Source: Octopus vulgaris
Lineage: Eukaryota
Assembly: GCA_951406725.2 (NCBI GenBank)
Contig: OX597821.1
Coordinates: 1,798,001 to 1,862,000 of the forward strand
Length of the DNA: 64,000 nucleotides
Direction of reading: 5' to 3'
In this document: one piece after another, positions 28,780-42,134 of the stretch
How the letters are laid out: each line of letters starts with the position of its first letter
How positions within the stretch are numbered: position 1 is the first letter of the stretch
The notes under the pieces: generated by a model
Databases searched by the model: none
Told to the model about the DNA's origin: nothing
What the model saw: the letters and a program-made list of their open reading frames with translations, nothing else
Position numbers and translations under genes: made by a program

Positions 28780-29365
28780 AACAAACGTTAAGGCAAGGCA
28801 ATCATCTCAAGTTATATATATTATTATTATTGGAAAAAATTCAAAGTCTTACAGTGTTTCTGGGATATCCCAAAGGTTGGGATATTCCCTCAGCGGAGAC
28901 AAATAGGGAAAATGAGAAGGGTATAGATTAATGAAAAGACAACATAGAGGACAAGAGTAAAGGAATAAGGAGATGAAGAAATAAGTTTGTAAGTCCTTAG
29001 GGGCAATCCTGCGTAAATCTATGTGGATTAAAATTCTGATATTGTAAGCAACCAGAGAAAAGACGCGAACGTATCAAAGTTCAATAAAAGAATAGTGGCG
29101 GAGATGGTTATTAAGTGGTAAAGAGAAAGAAAAATAAATAGGAAGAGTGGTAGATAGAGGGGGGAGTTAAGGGTTGGCGTATATGACTTGAGAATTTTAC
29201 ATTTCCTTAGCATTTGTTGTCCTCTTTAGCAATTATATATCCGCTATACCATAAATCTACAATGGCTCCATAACTATCGTCTAGGCTATGACCTTGGCGC
29301 CGTAGTAATCCGTTACAACACTTACCTGGCGTACCTAATCATTTAAATAACCTGTGAATTAGACC
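28780..29365 (-). mobile_element. Penelope-like 3' remnant with decayed hammerhead (28846-28900)
   Basis: LRKCKILKSYTPTLN resembles a GIY-YIG C-terminal PxLN end; downstream gtct CCGCTGA g ggaatatccca-acctt-tgggatatcc ca GAAAC act GTA agac. Confidence 0.6.
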
Positions 29366-29432
29366 CCCATATTTTGTATATATATATATATATATATATA
29401 TATACTTTATTTTAAGCAGCAGAAAATTCAAC

Positions 29433-29479
29433 AAAATCTGTTACTCTGAGTTTCTCGTTGCCGTTCATCAGACAGTTTT
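29433..29479 (-). ncRNA. Type I hammerhead ribozyme (left arm)
   Basis: Mirror copy of 29789-29835. Confidence 0.7.
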
Positions 29480-29788
29480 GCTAGAATGGAACTTATATAT
29501 CAATTCAATCTATACTCTTACAAACGCTACACCTTTAAAAAGAAATGGACTTGTTTGATTGCTTTAGAAAAAAACGGTCAATCTTCGAGCGATAAACAAA
29601 AAGGTCAAAAATATATGTATATATATATAAAAAACTTATATATATATACATATATTTTTGACCTTTTTGTTTATCGCTCGAAGATTGACCGTTTTTTCTA
29701 AAGGGCCAATCAAACAAGTCCATTTCTTTTTAAAGGTGTAGCGTTTGTAAGAGTATAGATTGAATTGATATATAAGTTCCATTCTAGC

Positions 29789-29835
29789 AAAACTGTCTGA
29801 TGAACGGCAACGAGAAACTCAGAGTAACAGATTTT
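29789..29835 (+). ncRNA. Type I hammerhead ribozyme (right arm)
   Basis: aaaactgt CTGATGA a cg-gcaa-cg a GAAA ctcagag TA acagatttt. Confidence 0.7.
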
Positions 29836-29931
29836 GTTGAATTTTCTGCTGCTTAAAATAAAGCATATTACTCTACCACTGGTATTTGAGTACTCTTTTT
29901 CCACCTTGTTTCACATTTATGTGTTTACTCC

Positions 29932-29980
<49 letters not shown>

Positions 29981-29989
29981 GCATGTATG

Positions 29990-30026
<37 letters not shown>

Positions 30027-30064
30027 AATTAATAAATAAAACATATGCATACATACATACATAC

Positions 30065-30730
30065 ATATATGTACGTACCTACATCTACATGTATATATAC
30101 ATGCATATATGGGTACAGGACACCAAAAAAACGTCGAACACAATGAGAAACGAAAACATAAAAACAAAACCAAGGAACTGGGCATTTTTCTTAAACAACG
30201 AAAAAATAGAGTACAGGACAAATAACACAAGGAAAATTCCCCTTCATCAGTCACCATGGTTTCATCACTCTGCGTTTCGAAGGTGAAGGGGATATGCATC
30301 TTCGATAGAAACTTTCCTTCCCGCGAAAAGCAAATTAAATAAAATTTGAGATCTTTTTGCGGCGGGGTAAAAATGGTAACAAAAACAGGACAGTGACGAT
30401 AGTACAAAATATTAACACTAACACAAACAAGAAGGGCTGTTAAGCCAAACGAGATAAAAATTTTTTACGAACGCTATTGTTTGAGAACGGCAGAGAGCAA
30501 CAGATTTTACCGTCTCTACTTGAAGGAGACCAGGAGAAGAAAGACAGAAATAGCCATCTCATCACGTGACCGCGACGGGATGGAGGAGGAAGAGTAAGAG
30601 AAAGGGAGAGAAAAAAAGGGAATGGTTGTAGAGAAAAGAATGAAGAATGAGAGAGAGAGGGAGAGACAGTAAGGTAGAAGAAAAGGAAAGCCAAAAGAAT
30701 GAAGGCTGAGAAAGGGAGGGGAGAGAAAGG
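30065..30730 (-). mobile_element. Unclassified interspersed repeat (family shared with 62885-63450)
   Basis: Shared tatgtacgtacctacatctacatg...gtacaggacacca and acacaaggaaaa..cttcatcag...gtttcgaaggtga blocks. Confidence 0.65.
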
Positions 30731-30737
30731 TTAAGAG

Positions 30738-30850
30738 TGCCCGAGGCTATAGTAGAAGACACTTCCCCAAGGTGCCACGCAGTGGGACTGAATCCGGAAC
30801 CACGTGGCTGGTAAGCAATCTTCTTACCTCAAGGCCACTCCTACGCCTAT
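30738..30850 (-). mobile_element. SINE family A, 5' part
   Basis: cccgaggctatagtagaagacactt...gtgggactgaatccggaacc. Confidence 0.8.
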
Positions 30851-30989
30851 GAAGAATCCTTGTAAAATACTTCCTGCAGTTGTTCATATGTGTTTTTATC
30901 TTCCCTGTTCCCATAGAATACATATATTGTGAAAGTTCAAAAGGACTACAGCATGAAGATCTATGATATCCTGTAAATATTAGCTATCA

Positions 30990-31170
30990 TCGAGGCGGTG
31001 GGCTGGCTGAATCGCGAGCACTCTGGGAAAAATGCTCAGTGCTATTTCGTCCGTCTTAATCCTTTCGGGTTCGATAAAACACGTACTAGTTGAATTCTGG
31101 GTGGGGTGGGATGGGTTCGACCTTACTGACTTACCTCCTCCGCTGAAATCACCAGCTTTCAACCACAAGT
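30990..31170 (+). mobile_element. Degraded SINE family B
   Basis: ggctggctgaatcgcgagcac...cctttcgggttcgataaaacacgtactag. Confidence 0.55.
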
Positions 31171-32889
31171 TGATATCAGTATTAAATATCACCGGATGTT
31201 TGATACCATCGGATGTTAACTCTTTTCGCTGGACTCTCAAGATCACTTCTTTTATTATTTTCACTGTATTTCGTCGTCTGTGCTTTGAAAGCTTTTAGTT
31301 AAATACATTATCCAAAGTAGTTATGCTTCTTTAAGTTTAGTGCTTACACTTTGGGACTTGTTTTATCAGACGTATTTGCCGAAAACTAGAGTGACAGGAC
31401 TTAAAACATCCTAGCATTAGTCGTAAAGCGGTGGTGGGTCAAAGAAAGACAAAGACAACAAGCACACGCATAGATCCATACATACAATTATGCATATCTA
31501 TCTATCTATCTATCTATCTATATATCTATCTATCTATCTATCTATCTACATGTATGAATTGCAATGTACAGCATAGTGGTTAGGGATCTGTGCTCTCAGA
31601 CGTAACATCGTGGATTGGATTCCATCGAGGAAGGACATCGTCTCCTTGGACAAGTCCCTTTACCCTCACGTTACTGCAGTCCATTCAGTCAGCAATAATT
31701 GCTGATTTAGACCGACACACAACTCGCTCGACGTGAAGTTAATGCAAAAGCGGTAGCCGTTCTGCAGAAAGACGAAATTTCGTCATGCATGAAGAATACA
31801 TCCAACAGTGGAGAGATATAACCCCTCTTTAAAATATACACTGTGCTTTGGTCAATCTACATGAGTTTATATTTTGTCGTCAGATGTACCAGAAGTAACA
31901 GTCAATTCTTCCAAAAATAAAACCGCTTCCTTTTATCTTTTTTTCAGGATGGAATGTACTGCTTACTAAAATAAAATTGACAATTTGTAAGGTTTCTGAG
32001 GTTTGGGGCATCAAAGGAAAGTATTTTCAAATCGAAAACCCGGTCCGAATGACTGTATCACAGAGGATTCCTCTAAAGTTACTCAAGATGTAAATTGGTG
32101 GTGTGAACTGCGTGATAGCATCGGAAATGAGACATACCATTTTTCCATAAAGAAATCGAAAGCATCTTAGTAGAAAAGACGGGACCAGCATAGCCAAAAT
32201 ATGTGTGGTTATCGCTATTTACAATTGATATTCACCTGCAACTCAATAATAGCGAGAATAAGGTACCTAAGAATACAAATAATTCGCACATACATGTACT
32301 CCTTGTTTATTAGTAGGAAACGGCTGTAGTGAGCACCAACAAATCAACCTCATAAATGCAGGCACACGGCCTGCTAGAAATAGTAGCCTGATCTCTATCA
32401 AATCAAACGCTATGTTAGCAACGGAAGGATATATAGGGTAAAATATTCTTTAGAGTAGAAAATGCTAAAATGGTCAGAACAGAACATACTTTTATAATAA
32501 GGTTATGCAATCGGCACTTAACTGATCTAAAGGACAACAATGAAATCAAGAAGTGCAGTTGTAGCAACAACAAACATGATAGTAACAATGGCGGTGACGA
32601 GACATAACAACAATGGAAACTGCAACAACAATAACAATATTATTTTCCATAAAATCCTGCGTAACACAAAAATCAATTATTCCGTGATGCCCTAAAAACA
32701 AAAAGGGGTTTACAAGAATCGCAGATGATGTAAGTGATAAGGATACATAATGATAAAAGTAGACTAAACACGCACATACACTCACTCACATATGCATGCG
32801 CGTACATATTCACGCACGCTCAAAAAACACAGCACACGAACGAATATATATATATAAATATATACATATACATACACACACGCGCACAC

Positions 32890-32935
<46 letters not shown>

Positions 32936-33079
32936 GTATATATGTATGTGTGTGTATGTGTGTGCGCGGAGATGTGGGTGTATTTCTGAAAATGCGTGAA
33001 TTTATGTATATGTATATATTATCTGTATGCAATATTGCATACACACACACATACACATATATGTAAGTATATATGTATG

Positions 33080-33144
<65 letters not shown>

Positions 33145-34114
33145 TATATCATATATGATACAAACACACACACACACACAAAGACACGCATATAAAACAC
33201 ACACATATGAAGGTGTGTGTGTTTGTGAACGGAATTCCGAAAATACCTTTCTTTTTTCCAATTGCCTCTTTTCCGGCGGTTTGCATTCCTGAGTGAAAAT
33301 CTACTAGAAACCGCTGCATCAGCAACTCATTCGGTTCAAGATATAGTTGTAATGATAATAATCTCCAGAGCAATGGAGATGACAACTTGTAATAGAGCAA
33401 GAACAACAATAATGTAAAACAAAGTACATTAACAGCAAAAAATAAACGAAACAAAATTGGAAATACAAGAAAAAAACACTGTAATCAAAAACAGAGTAAA
33501 AAAAGTTTTAAAAAATTCACGAAACAAACACAAAAAAGCACTAATTGCAGAAATACAATATGTATTATCGTCGGGAACTGATGAGAAATTTAGATTAAGT
33601 ACCAAAAGTTTATCATTTAAAATAACGTTAACATAATGTATCTTGTTATCTACATTTCAGAGATATCAATACATTCTAATCAAAATATAGCTCGAAGACT
33701 GGTGAGAAAAAGAAAATCGAAATATACAAAGTAGTTAGAAAACAGGGATGAAATGTTTCTTGGAAAGGTAGACGGATAGTAGTTTTCTTATAATTAAAGA
33801 TGAATTAGATATTGTTGTACGAATTTGATAGTTAATCGTGGAACACCATAAGAAGTGTGTATGATTCTTTTATAGTTAGTGGATGAACTATTAAGAGAGA
33901 TTTTAGAATCGTTCGACTAGCTTGGGGTATCACAAGAATATGTCTCCAAAATTGCAATCTGCCGCCTCACAAATGAAAGGAGATGTTTGGTATTGAAGTA
34001 CTAGATTTAATATGTCTGAAAAATTAAGATAGGATTGTCATAGACAGAAGAGATGTGATCAATTGATCTCGAAATAGGTAATTTCAACAATATATTATTG
34101 AACACGATAAAAAT

Positions 34115-34393
34115 ACCTTTCTATATTTAAGAGATGAGGAATTATGTAAATTATTTACATTATGTACATCTCACGGATATTTGCCGTCATCTTGTTTGTT
34201 GCTAACACAACGTTTCGGCTGATTTACTCTCCAGCCTTCATCAGGTGTCTTGGGGAAATTTCGAAACTGGGTTCTCATTCCTAAGGTATTTTTCGATGTT
34301 ATTATTATTATTACTATTGTTCAGGTCACTGTTTGGAATAGAAATCGGAATCTTGGGGTTAGTAGCCCGCGCTCTTAACCACTACGTCATATT
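34115..34393 (-). mobile_element. tRNA-headed SINE carrying a hammerhead ribozyme
   Basis: Minus strand: A-box-like TGACGTAGTGG, decayed B box, (AAT)n, unique body, hammerhead, AT-rich 3' end; second copy at 13833. Confidence 0.8.
34205..34248 (-). ncRNA. Type I hammerhead ribozyme, intact core
   Basis: acac CTGATGA A ggctg-gagagtaaat-cagcc GAAAC GTT gtgt. Confidence 0.8.
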
Positions 34394-35062
34394 ATTCTTT
34401 TATAGTTACTGGATGAACTATTAAGAGAGATTTTAGAATCTTTCAACTAGCTTGGGGTATCACAAGAATATGTCTCCAAAATTTGCAATCTGCCGCCTCA
34501 CAAATGAAAGATGTTTGGTATTGAAGTACTAGATTCACTATGTCTGAAAAATTAAGAGGATTGTCATAGACGAAATAGATGTGATCATTGTATATTCCAG
34601 CGTAGCGGACCTGGAAATAGGTAATATCAACAATATTGAACAGGATAAACATAGTCTTCTCCGCAGTTTGTCGTATATTGATCGAAAGATTTTCACTTAA
34701 ATGCAGAAAGAAAAAAAATTCATTCATTCTAGTAGAAAAGAATTTTCGTTCAATAAGTTTTGTGAATAAGATATTTAAACAAGAGAACACCTCCAGCAAG
34801 ATTGAAAAAAACAGAAGCTAAAAATAATATTCGTTAACTTATTACTCACCCAAAATATATTGTGAAATATTCTGTGCTATGTTAGGCAGCAATATGTCAA
34901 CTGAAGACTTGGGGACAAGGTCTAGACAAAAGCAAAGATATATCATGAGTAGGTTGAAATTACAGAAAACAAAATATGGAAGATGTTGTTATACGTGGGG
35001 ATAGTTATAGCATATGTTTAGTTTTATTTATGCTTGCTTTAACTTTACTACATTGCTTCTTT

Positions 35063-35105
35063 GTCAAAGCTCTTTCGTCGCACATCCTGAGACCTCTTCA
35101 ATGAC
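35063..35105 (-). ncRNA. Hammerhead ribozyme candidate (C3U)
   Basis: gtca TTGAAGA g gtc-tcaggatgtgc-gac GAAA gagc TT tgac. Confidence 0.55.
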
Positions 35106-35734
35106 TTTTTATCTCGTGTGTCTCCGTTCGTTATGCTTTGTATTTTTGTGATATGCAAAAATTCCAACAACATTTTGTTTTAGATTTTTACGTGATATAT
35201 ATCTTTCTGGAATGTAACACCGGACAAATCCCCTGCACTTTTTGAATGATGTTCATCACATCAGTTGCTGAGCTTATAGCAACAACAGGTGAAAGAAATT
35301 CGACAGGAAAAGATATATCTTAATGCACCAAGACACAATGTTGTCCAGTTTGAAAAGATTCAACGAATATCCTACTGAAAAATGAAGGCAATTTAATCGT
35401 ATCACAAGTTCCAAACTTTCAGGGAAAAACATACTCAAATGAATTGGCAACACAAATTAAGTCTGGCATTCAGACAGATAGACCAGCAATGATATTAATA
35501 ACAACTGTGTTAAAAAATAGTATAAGAATGTACACAGACAAACACACATACATAATGGTGCGCACACGCACACATTGAGTTTTATATATCAGTATATATA
35601 TATATATACACATATAAATATGAAGTTAATCCAAACAAGAAAACACAAAAAAGCAAAAAAAAAACACAACAACGCGATAACGTGGAACAAATATGGTATT
35701 ATTGGACGCTCAGGAAAGAAGGGAAGAAGGAGGA

Positions 35735-35767
35735 TTTAACGTTTCGAGCGGAGCTCTTCGTCGGAAA
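35735..35767 (-). ncRNA. Minimal type I hammerhead ribozyme in a short Penelope-like insert
   Basis: ttt CCGACGA A gagc-tcc-gctc GAAAC GTT aaa. Confidence 0.7.
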
Positions 35768-35943
35768 CATAGGAGAAGGAAAGATCCCGAGAAGGGAAGA
35801 CAGAGGAAAAAAATCGCCAGTGGTACTCACGAGGTCACATATTGAAAGACCGGAAGTAGAAAGGTGGAACAATAATGTTTTTTAAAGACAGGAGAGTTTT
35901 CAAAGACAGTATGGTAATGAAAATGAGAGGGGGAATGTGTGTG

Positions 35944-35990
<47 letters not shown>

Positions 35991-36094
35991 ATAGAGAGAG
36001 AAAAAGATAGACGGAGATGTATCTATGTATATATGATTATAGTTGAATTTATATGTATTTATATACATATTTGCGTTAAAAAATACATACGTAC

Positions 36095-36134
<40 letters not shown>

Positions 36135-36177
36135 TTAGATATATATTTATATATATATATATATATATACTTAGATA

Positions 36178-36223
<46 letters not shown>

Positions 36224-36552
36224 TTTATATATATATACATATATATATATACATACATTAATGCATGAATCGTATTTATATATGTATAATTGAATGCGTA
36301 AATAATTATACACATAACCACATATATACTTATGCAAAAGGAAATACAAACACCCAGTAGAAGACGGGATATTCTCACTGAATATCTCAATTCCTAGACA
36401 CAGATCAACACCTTCAGAACTTTAAGGGAAGGAGAACTAAATGAACCCGCAATAAAACTCATCCCACTGTAACTAATGTCATTTCATGTATTTATGCTTC
36501 TTTCTTTGATCTGTTTAAATATACATAAATATGCATTCCTATATATATATAT

Positions 36553-37098
<546 letters not shown>

Positions 37099-37351
37099 TG
37101 CCCCAATTGTACAAAACCTAAAAACGAATGAAGAGTAATGTACCGGCACAGTTTTGAAGACACATTCCATATATATATATATATCTAGAACGATAGGTAT
37201 ATGGATGGATAGATAGAGATACATAGATAAATAGATATAACTGCATATATATGGGTGGGTGTGTGTGTGCATATATATCAGTATATTTATATATGTATAT
37301 ATATATATATGCATATTTCACCAAAGTATGAATATGATTTCAATTTTACAT

Positions 37352-37412
37352 AGTTTCGGCTTTGCCAAAATTTCCTGTGAAGCTGGCTAAAGGCGAAACT
37401 TCGAAGTTAGTG
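37352..37412 (+). ncRNA. Degenerate hammerhead with short fold-back
   Basis: CTG-TGA A gc...gc GAAAC ttcgaa GTT; palindromic helix III; 37352-37367 is an inverted copy of 37384-37400. Confidence 0.4.
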
Positions 37413-37839
37413 TCTGAACAGTTTCCATCTCAAAATTGATATATCAGGATTTTATCGTGTTTTTCGTAATTATTCTTTTAAAGAAAAGATTTTCATTTTA
37501 AAAAGCATAAATTAATACACACCTACACGAAGTTACACACGCACACACACACATACACACACGCACGCAATCACACATACAATTAGAGTTGCACACATAC
37601 TAAGAAATTTATATTTATGTAGATACCACCTTTTCCATCGATCTATATAATATTCTTGAAAACGAGAATGTTGTTGGCAGTGATTTCCAAATTTCGACTT
37701 CGAAGTCACTGAAAAGACAATTTTGTTTAAGAATAATAAATTTGTACTCTTCAAAAGTACAGATTAACCAATCAGATTAATGTAAAATTGTTCTTACTAT
37801 AACTCTCTCTCTCTTCTTCTAACTTACTATCTGTCTGCC

Positions 37840-37882
<43 letters not shown>

Positions 37883-37899
37883 ACACGTATGTATTTATG

Positions 37900-37957
<58 letters not shown>

Positions 37958-38781
37958 ATACACACACATACGCACATATATATGCATACACACACCGGGA
38001 AAAAAGAGAGAGAAAGACAGAGTGTGAGAGAGAGAGAGGGAGAAAGATTGTGCACTAGGAGCCATACACGCATACAGAGATAAAAAGAATTCGTTTTAGC
38101 TGCGTGATGTTGATAATTAGAGGATGTACTTTATTATAACAGAATTTATCACCTGCTGGGAACAATAAACACCTACGAAAATCTAAACAAAACGAACAGA
38201 AAATAGCAAAGCAAGAAAAATGAACCCCAAAAATATCAAAGCAACAAAACAATTGCGACAGTATCAGTAACTTGTGAACACTAAGAACATTGGTTTCATT
38301 GGCGAATTTCTGTAAAATACGAAATGAGGAAAAACAAAAAACAAAGGAAATTTATAAGAAATTTTACAAGAATTCTTCACCTGTTTTTGCCTCATCAGGG
38401 CAATGACGCCATTTTAAGTCTTATCAGCTGCGCGTTAATTTGAATTCCTCTCAAATGTTCTGCTCTGATAATACATACATGCATACATACATACATACAT
38501 ACATACATACATACAAACACATACATACATACATACATGCATACATACATACATACATACATGCATACATACATGCATGCATGCATACATATATACATAC
38601 ACACATACTTACATACATGCATAAATATATATATGCAAACATCCAGTCATACGTATATACGTACGTAACACATACATACATGCATACATATATGCATACA
38701 TACATACATGTATGCATACATACATACATGCATACATACGTATATGCATATATGTATATATTCACACATGCATACGCACAG

Positions 38782-38818
<37 letters not shown>

Positions 38819-39204
38819 CATACATACATGCATGCATTCACACGTACACAGATACATATATATATATGTGCATACATATATACATACTTATCATATAAGT
38901 ACGAATACACTTATGCATACTACATATATATATGTGTCTGTACGTGTGTTATACATAGATGGATATATGTATATACATGTAAATATATATACACACATAT
39001 GTGTGAATGCATTTGCATCAGATTGTATGTGTCTGTTTGTATTTAAGTGTGTGTGTGCGCTTATGTATGTGTACGAGTAATTGGCTAAAAGTGCATTCCA
39101 CGGTTCAATTAGATACACACATATCCCAGCATATGCAAAGACGCACTCACAATCATTTATCGACATTATCAATGTGTGTCATGTTAACGCTGGTGATATC
39201 CTTA

Positions 39205-39985
39205 TGCATCCATCACTCTGGACTAAGTTCAAATTCTACCGAGGTCGACGTTGCCTTCCATACTTTCCGGTCGATGAGTTAAGTAGCAGTTGAGCACTGG
39301 AGTCGATGTAATTGACTGCTCCCCTCCCAACAAATTCCAGGCTTTGAGCCTTTAGCAGAGCGAATTACTACCGTTATGCGTCAGTCTATACGTTCCGAGT
39401 GCAAATTAAGCCGAGGTCGAACTTGCATTTCGGGGTAGCTTAATTTAATTAGTGGTTAAACACTTGTTACGATGTAATCGACTGTCCTCCTCCCCAAATT
39501 TGAGGTCTTGTACCTATAGTAAAAAGGATCATTATTATCGTTATGGATATTAGTAGTGTTAGTAATAACATTTTCGGTAAGCGACGAGCTGGCAGAAACG
39601 TTAGCACGCAGGGCGAAATGCTTAGCAGTATTTCGTCTGCCGTTACGTTCTGAGTTCAGATTCCACCGAGGTCGACTTTGCCTTTCATCCTTTCGGGGTC
39701 GATAAATTAAGTACCAGTTACGCATTGGGGTCGATGTAATCGACTTAATACCTTTGTCTGACCTTGTTTGCCCCCTTTATGTTTAGCCCCTTGTGGGTAA
39801 TAAAAAAATAGGTATTTCGTCTGTCTCTACGTTCTGAGTTCAAATTCCGCTGAGGTCGATTTTGCCTTTCATCCTTTCGGGATCGATAAGTTAAGTACCA
39901 GTTGCGTATTGGGGTCGATATAATCGACTGCTCCCCTTCCTCCAAAATTACGGGCCTTGTGCTCAGAGTAGAAAAGAAAAATATT
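39205..39985 (+). mobile_element. Tandem cluster of SINE family B copies
   Basis: Four iterations of gagttcaaattc..cgaggtcgactttgcctttcatcctttcggggtcgataa...gtcgatgtaatcgact. Confidence 0.85.
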
Positions 39986-40639
39986 TGTCGTATTAATGGT
40001 AGCAGCACTATTAACGGTTGTAGAATTAGTAACGCCTGCAGCAGGATCAGTAGGACGAGGAGCAGAATTACTATTACCAGCAGCAGCAGCAGTAGTAGTA
40101 GTAGTAGTAGTAGTACGGTTAATATTTATTCTTACCATCAACTCAGGGTTTATCGAAAACACAGATAAGATGGCGTAAAGAGTAACATTGTGTATGAGAT
40201 ACGTATAAAGCATTTGCTGGCTAAGAAATCGATCACGGTTCCTTATGTATTCTTTAACTGATGCCCTGATAGGCTTATCTATTTAATTTAATGATTATCT
40301 ATAATAATTTATCACTTTGCATTCTTCTTATCTGACGCACATTCAGACAAATAAAGATAAGGAAATGTGTGAAAAGATAAAAATATCATATTTTATTCAT
40401 CGTAATATCTTTTTGTTCATTAGATATTCAGCAAAATTGCATGATTATGCACAAGCTTTAATATTAATGGAAAGAATAGAGACAGGCATACGAATATATG
40501 TCCACGCATGCATACATACGTACTGACACATACACACGTATGTATACTTATGTATATGAATATAAATTATTAAACACGTAGAGACACATACACACATACA
40601 CAAACACGCACTCACATACAGAGTTTTAACACTTATATA

Positions 40640-41250
40640 AAGGATTCTTGGTTGCTTAGTGGACGTTTAGAAGATTAACGTTCCAAAATTTCATTACTCA
40701 AAAGTTTCCAGATCTTACGAATCACATTTTCAAATTAATAGGCCACGAAAACACTACCTGACAATTATATATATATTAGTAATTGAGGTTATAAGAGATA
40801 ATGGTGTCATTGAGACCCAAAGGTGGTAGGCAATGCTGAATAAGACAGACCATAGTTAAGTTACAGTTTCGGTGATTTTAAGAATAAGGGGTTTAAATAC
40901 TGTTTACTCATAAGGTATTGGAATCTTACATTGTGTATAAACTCTATACTTGGAATGGACAATTTTAAATACTGTGGGATTTTTCTCATAAGTTATTGGA
41001 ATCTTACATATATACCATTCTGCCTAAAATATGGGTCTACAAATTCAATATCTCACATCTGTTTTCTTTCCTCCACCTCACTCCCTATTTTGTATCCTAT
41101 CTAAATTAATTATTACTTAACCATCCTCTCACACCATCTCCGATGAAGGGATATAATTAATAAATATCCGGGAAACAGCTGTAAGACCTTCTATCTATAA
41201 ATGTTCTAATACCTACACAGCCTTGTTTTTTTTTATCTCATTACGCAAAA
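40640..41250 (+). mobile_element. Penelope-like 3' remnant
   Basis: Decayed coding-like segment ending ...KGLN, local duplication at 40893-41010, then hammerhead and T-rich tail. Confidence 0.5.
41137..41186 (+). ncRNA. Type I hammerhead ribozyme
   Basis: tct CCGATGA ag ggatat-aattaataa-atatcc gg GAAAC agct GTA aga; palindromic helix III acagctgt. Confidence 0.7.
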
Positions 41251-41264
41251 AATTTATATATATA

Positions 41265-41299
<35 letters not shown>

Positions 41300-42006
41300 A
41301 TATGCTTGTATGTAGATGCGACAGTTTGTCTTCGGTTTCTATCAAGCGATCCGACCCACAACTTTATTCGATTGGAAGCTACAATGGGAGATATTTGCGC
41401 AAGGTGCTACATAACCACACGACTTTTCACACAGTTTACATCTTATAAATTCACTTTCTAAGCATTACTCGGCTCGGGGTTATATTAAAAATCATTCGCC
41501 CAATGTGTCTTGCATTTTCACTGAATCTGAACCGGCACCTCGAGAATACAAAATGAATGTATTTAACATGCAAATATCTCATATATTATACTTTTTGATA
41601 TATTAAAATTAATCAATAAATGTTTTTCATAGCTCATTTATACATTTTAATCAATAATTTCTAATCGCTACATTAGATATACTAATTTAATTTAAATTAT
41701 CAATTGAATTTTTGTAATTTCGTTTTTCAAAAAGTTTTCCTAATTATGTCCCTTACACTATATTCGTAATGGCACACCTGCTTGTAAATGAGGTTGCTGT
41801 TTTCTTTTTTAAATTAATCACAAAATTAATTACAAACGTCTATTAATTAATTTCTTCGCACCGTCCATTTGTGTTTGTGTATCGAGTATCGACTCTAAAA
41901 CTAAATTTCATGAATTCAGTAGGTGAATGTTTCAAGAAATGCCTCTTTTGGGGTCCGTTGTACCTTTCTATTTATATATATATATATATATGCGCGCGTG
42001 TGCGCG

Positions 42007-42052
<46 letters not shown>

Positions 42053-42134
42053 CAAGCGTGTGTGTGTGTGCGTGTGAGAACATACTTGCACATATATGTG
42101 GAAGCACATGCACATATATGTATGTATATATTTA

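Larger units (their letters stand above)
29405..29863. repeat. Near-perfect palindrome, about 227-bp arms, 5-bp spacer
   Basis: 29405-29630 is the reverse complement of 29636-29863 except for one small indel patch. Confidence 0.97.
33864..34652 (+). repeat. About 250-bp diverged direct repeats (33864-34114 and 34394-34652) flanking a SINE
   Basis: Both begin attctttttatagtta.tggatgaactattaagagagattttagaatc and stay colinear. Confidence 0.92.

Noticed and set aside
33578-33620. Isolated CTGATGA boxes (also about 2044, 3793, 8245 and 38393 minus)
   Set aside because: No properly placed GAAA with pairing helices
39205-39985. Repeated units resembling a CRISPR-like array
   Set aside because: Units are long, irregular SINE copies in eukaryotic DNA; no cas genes
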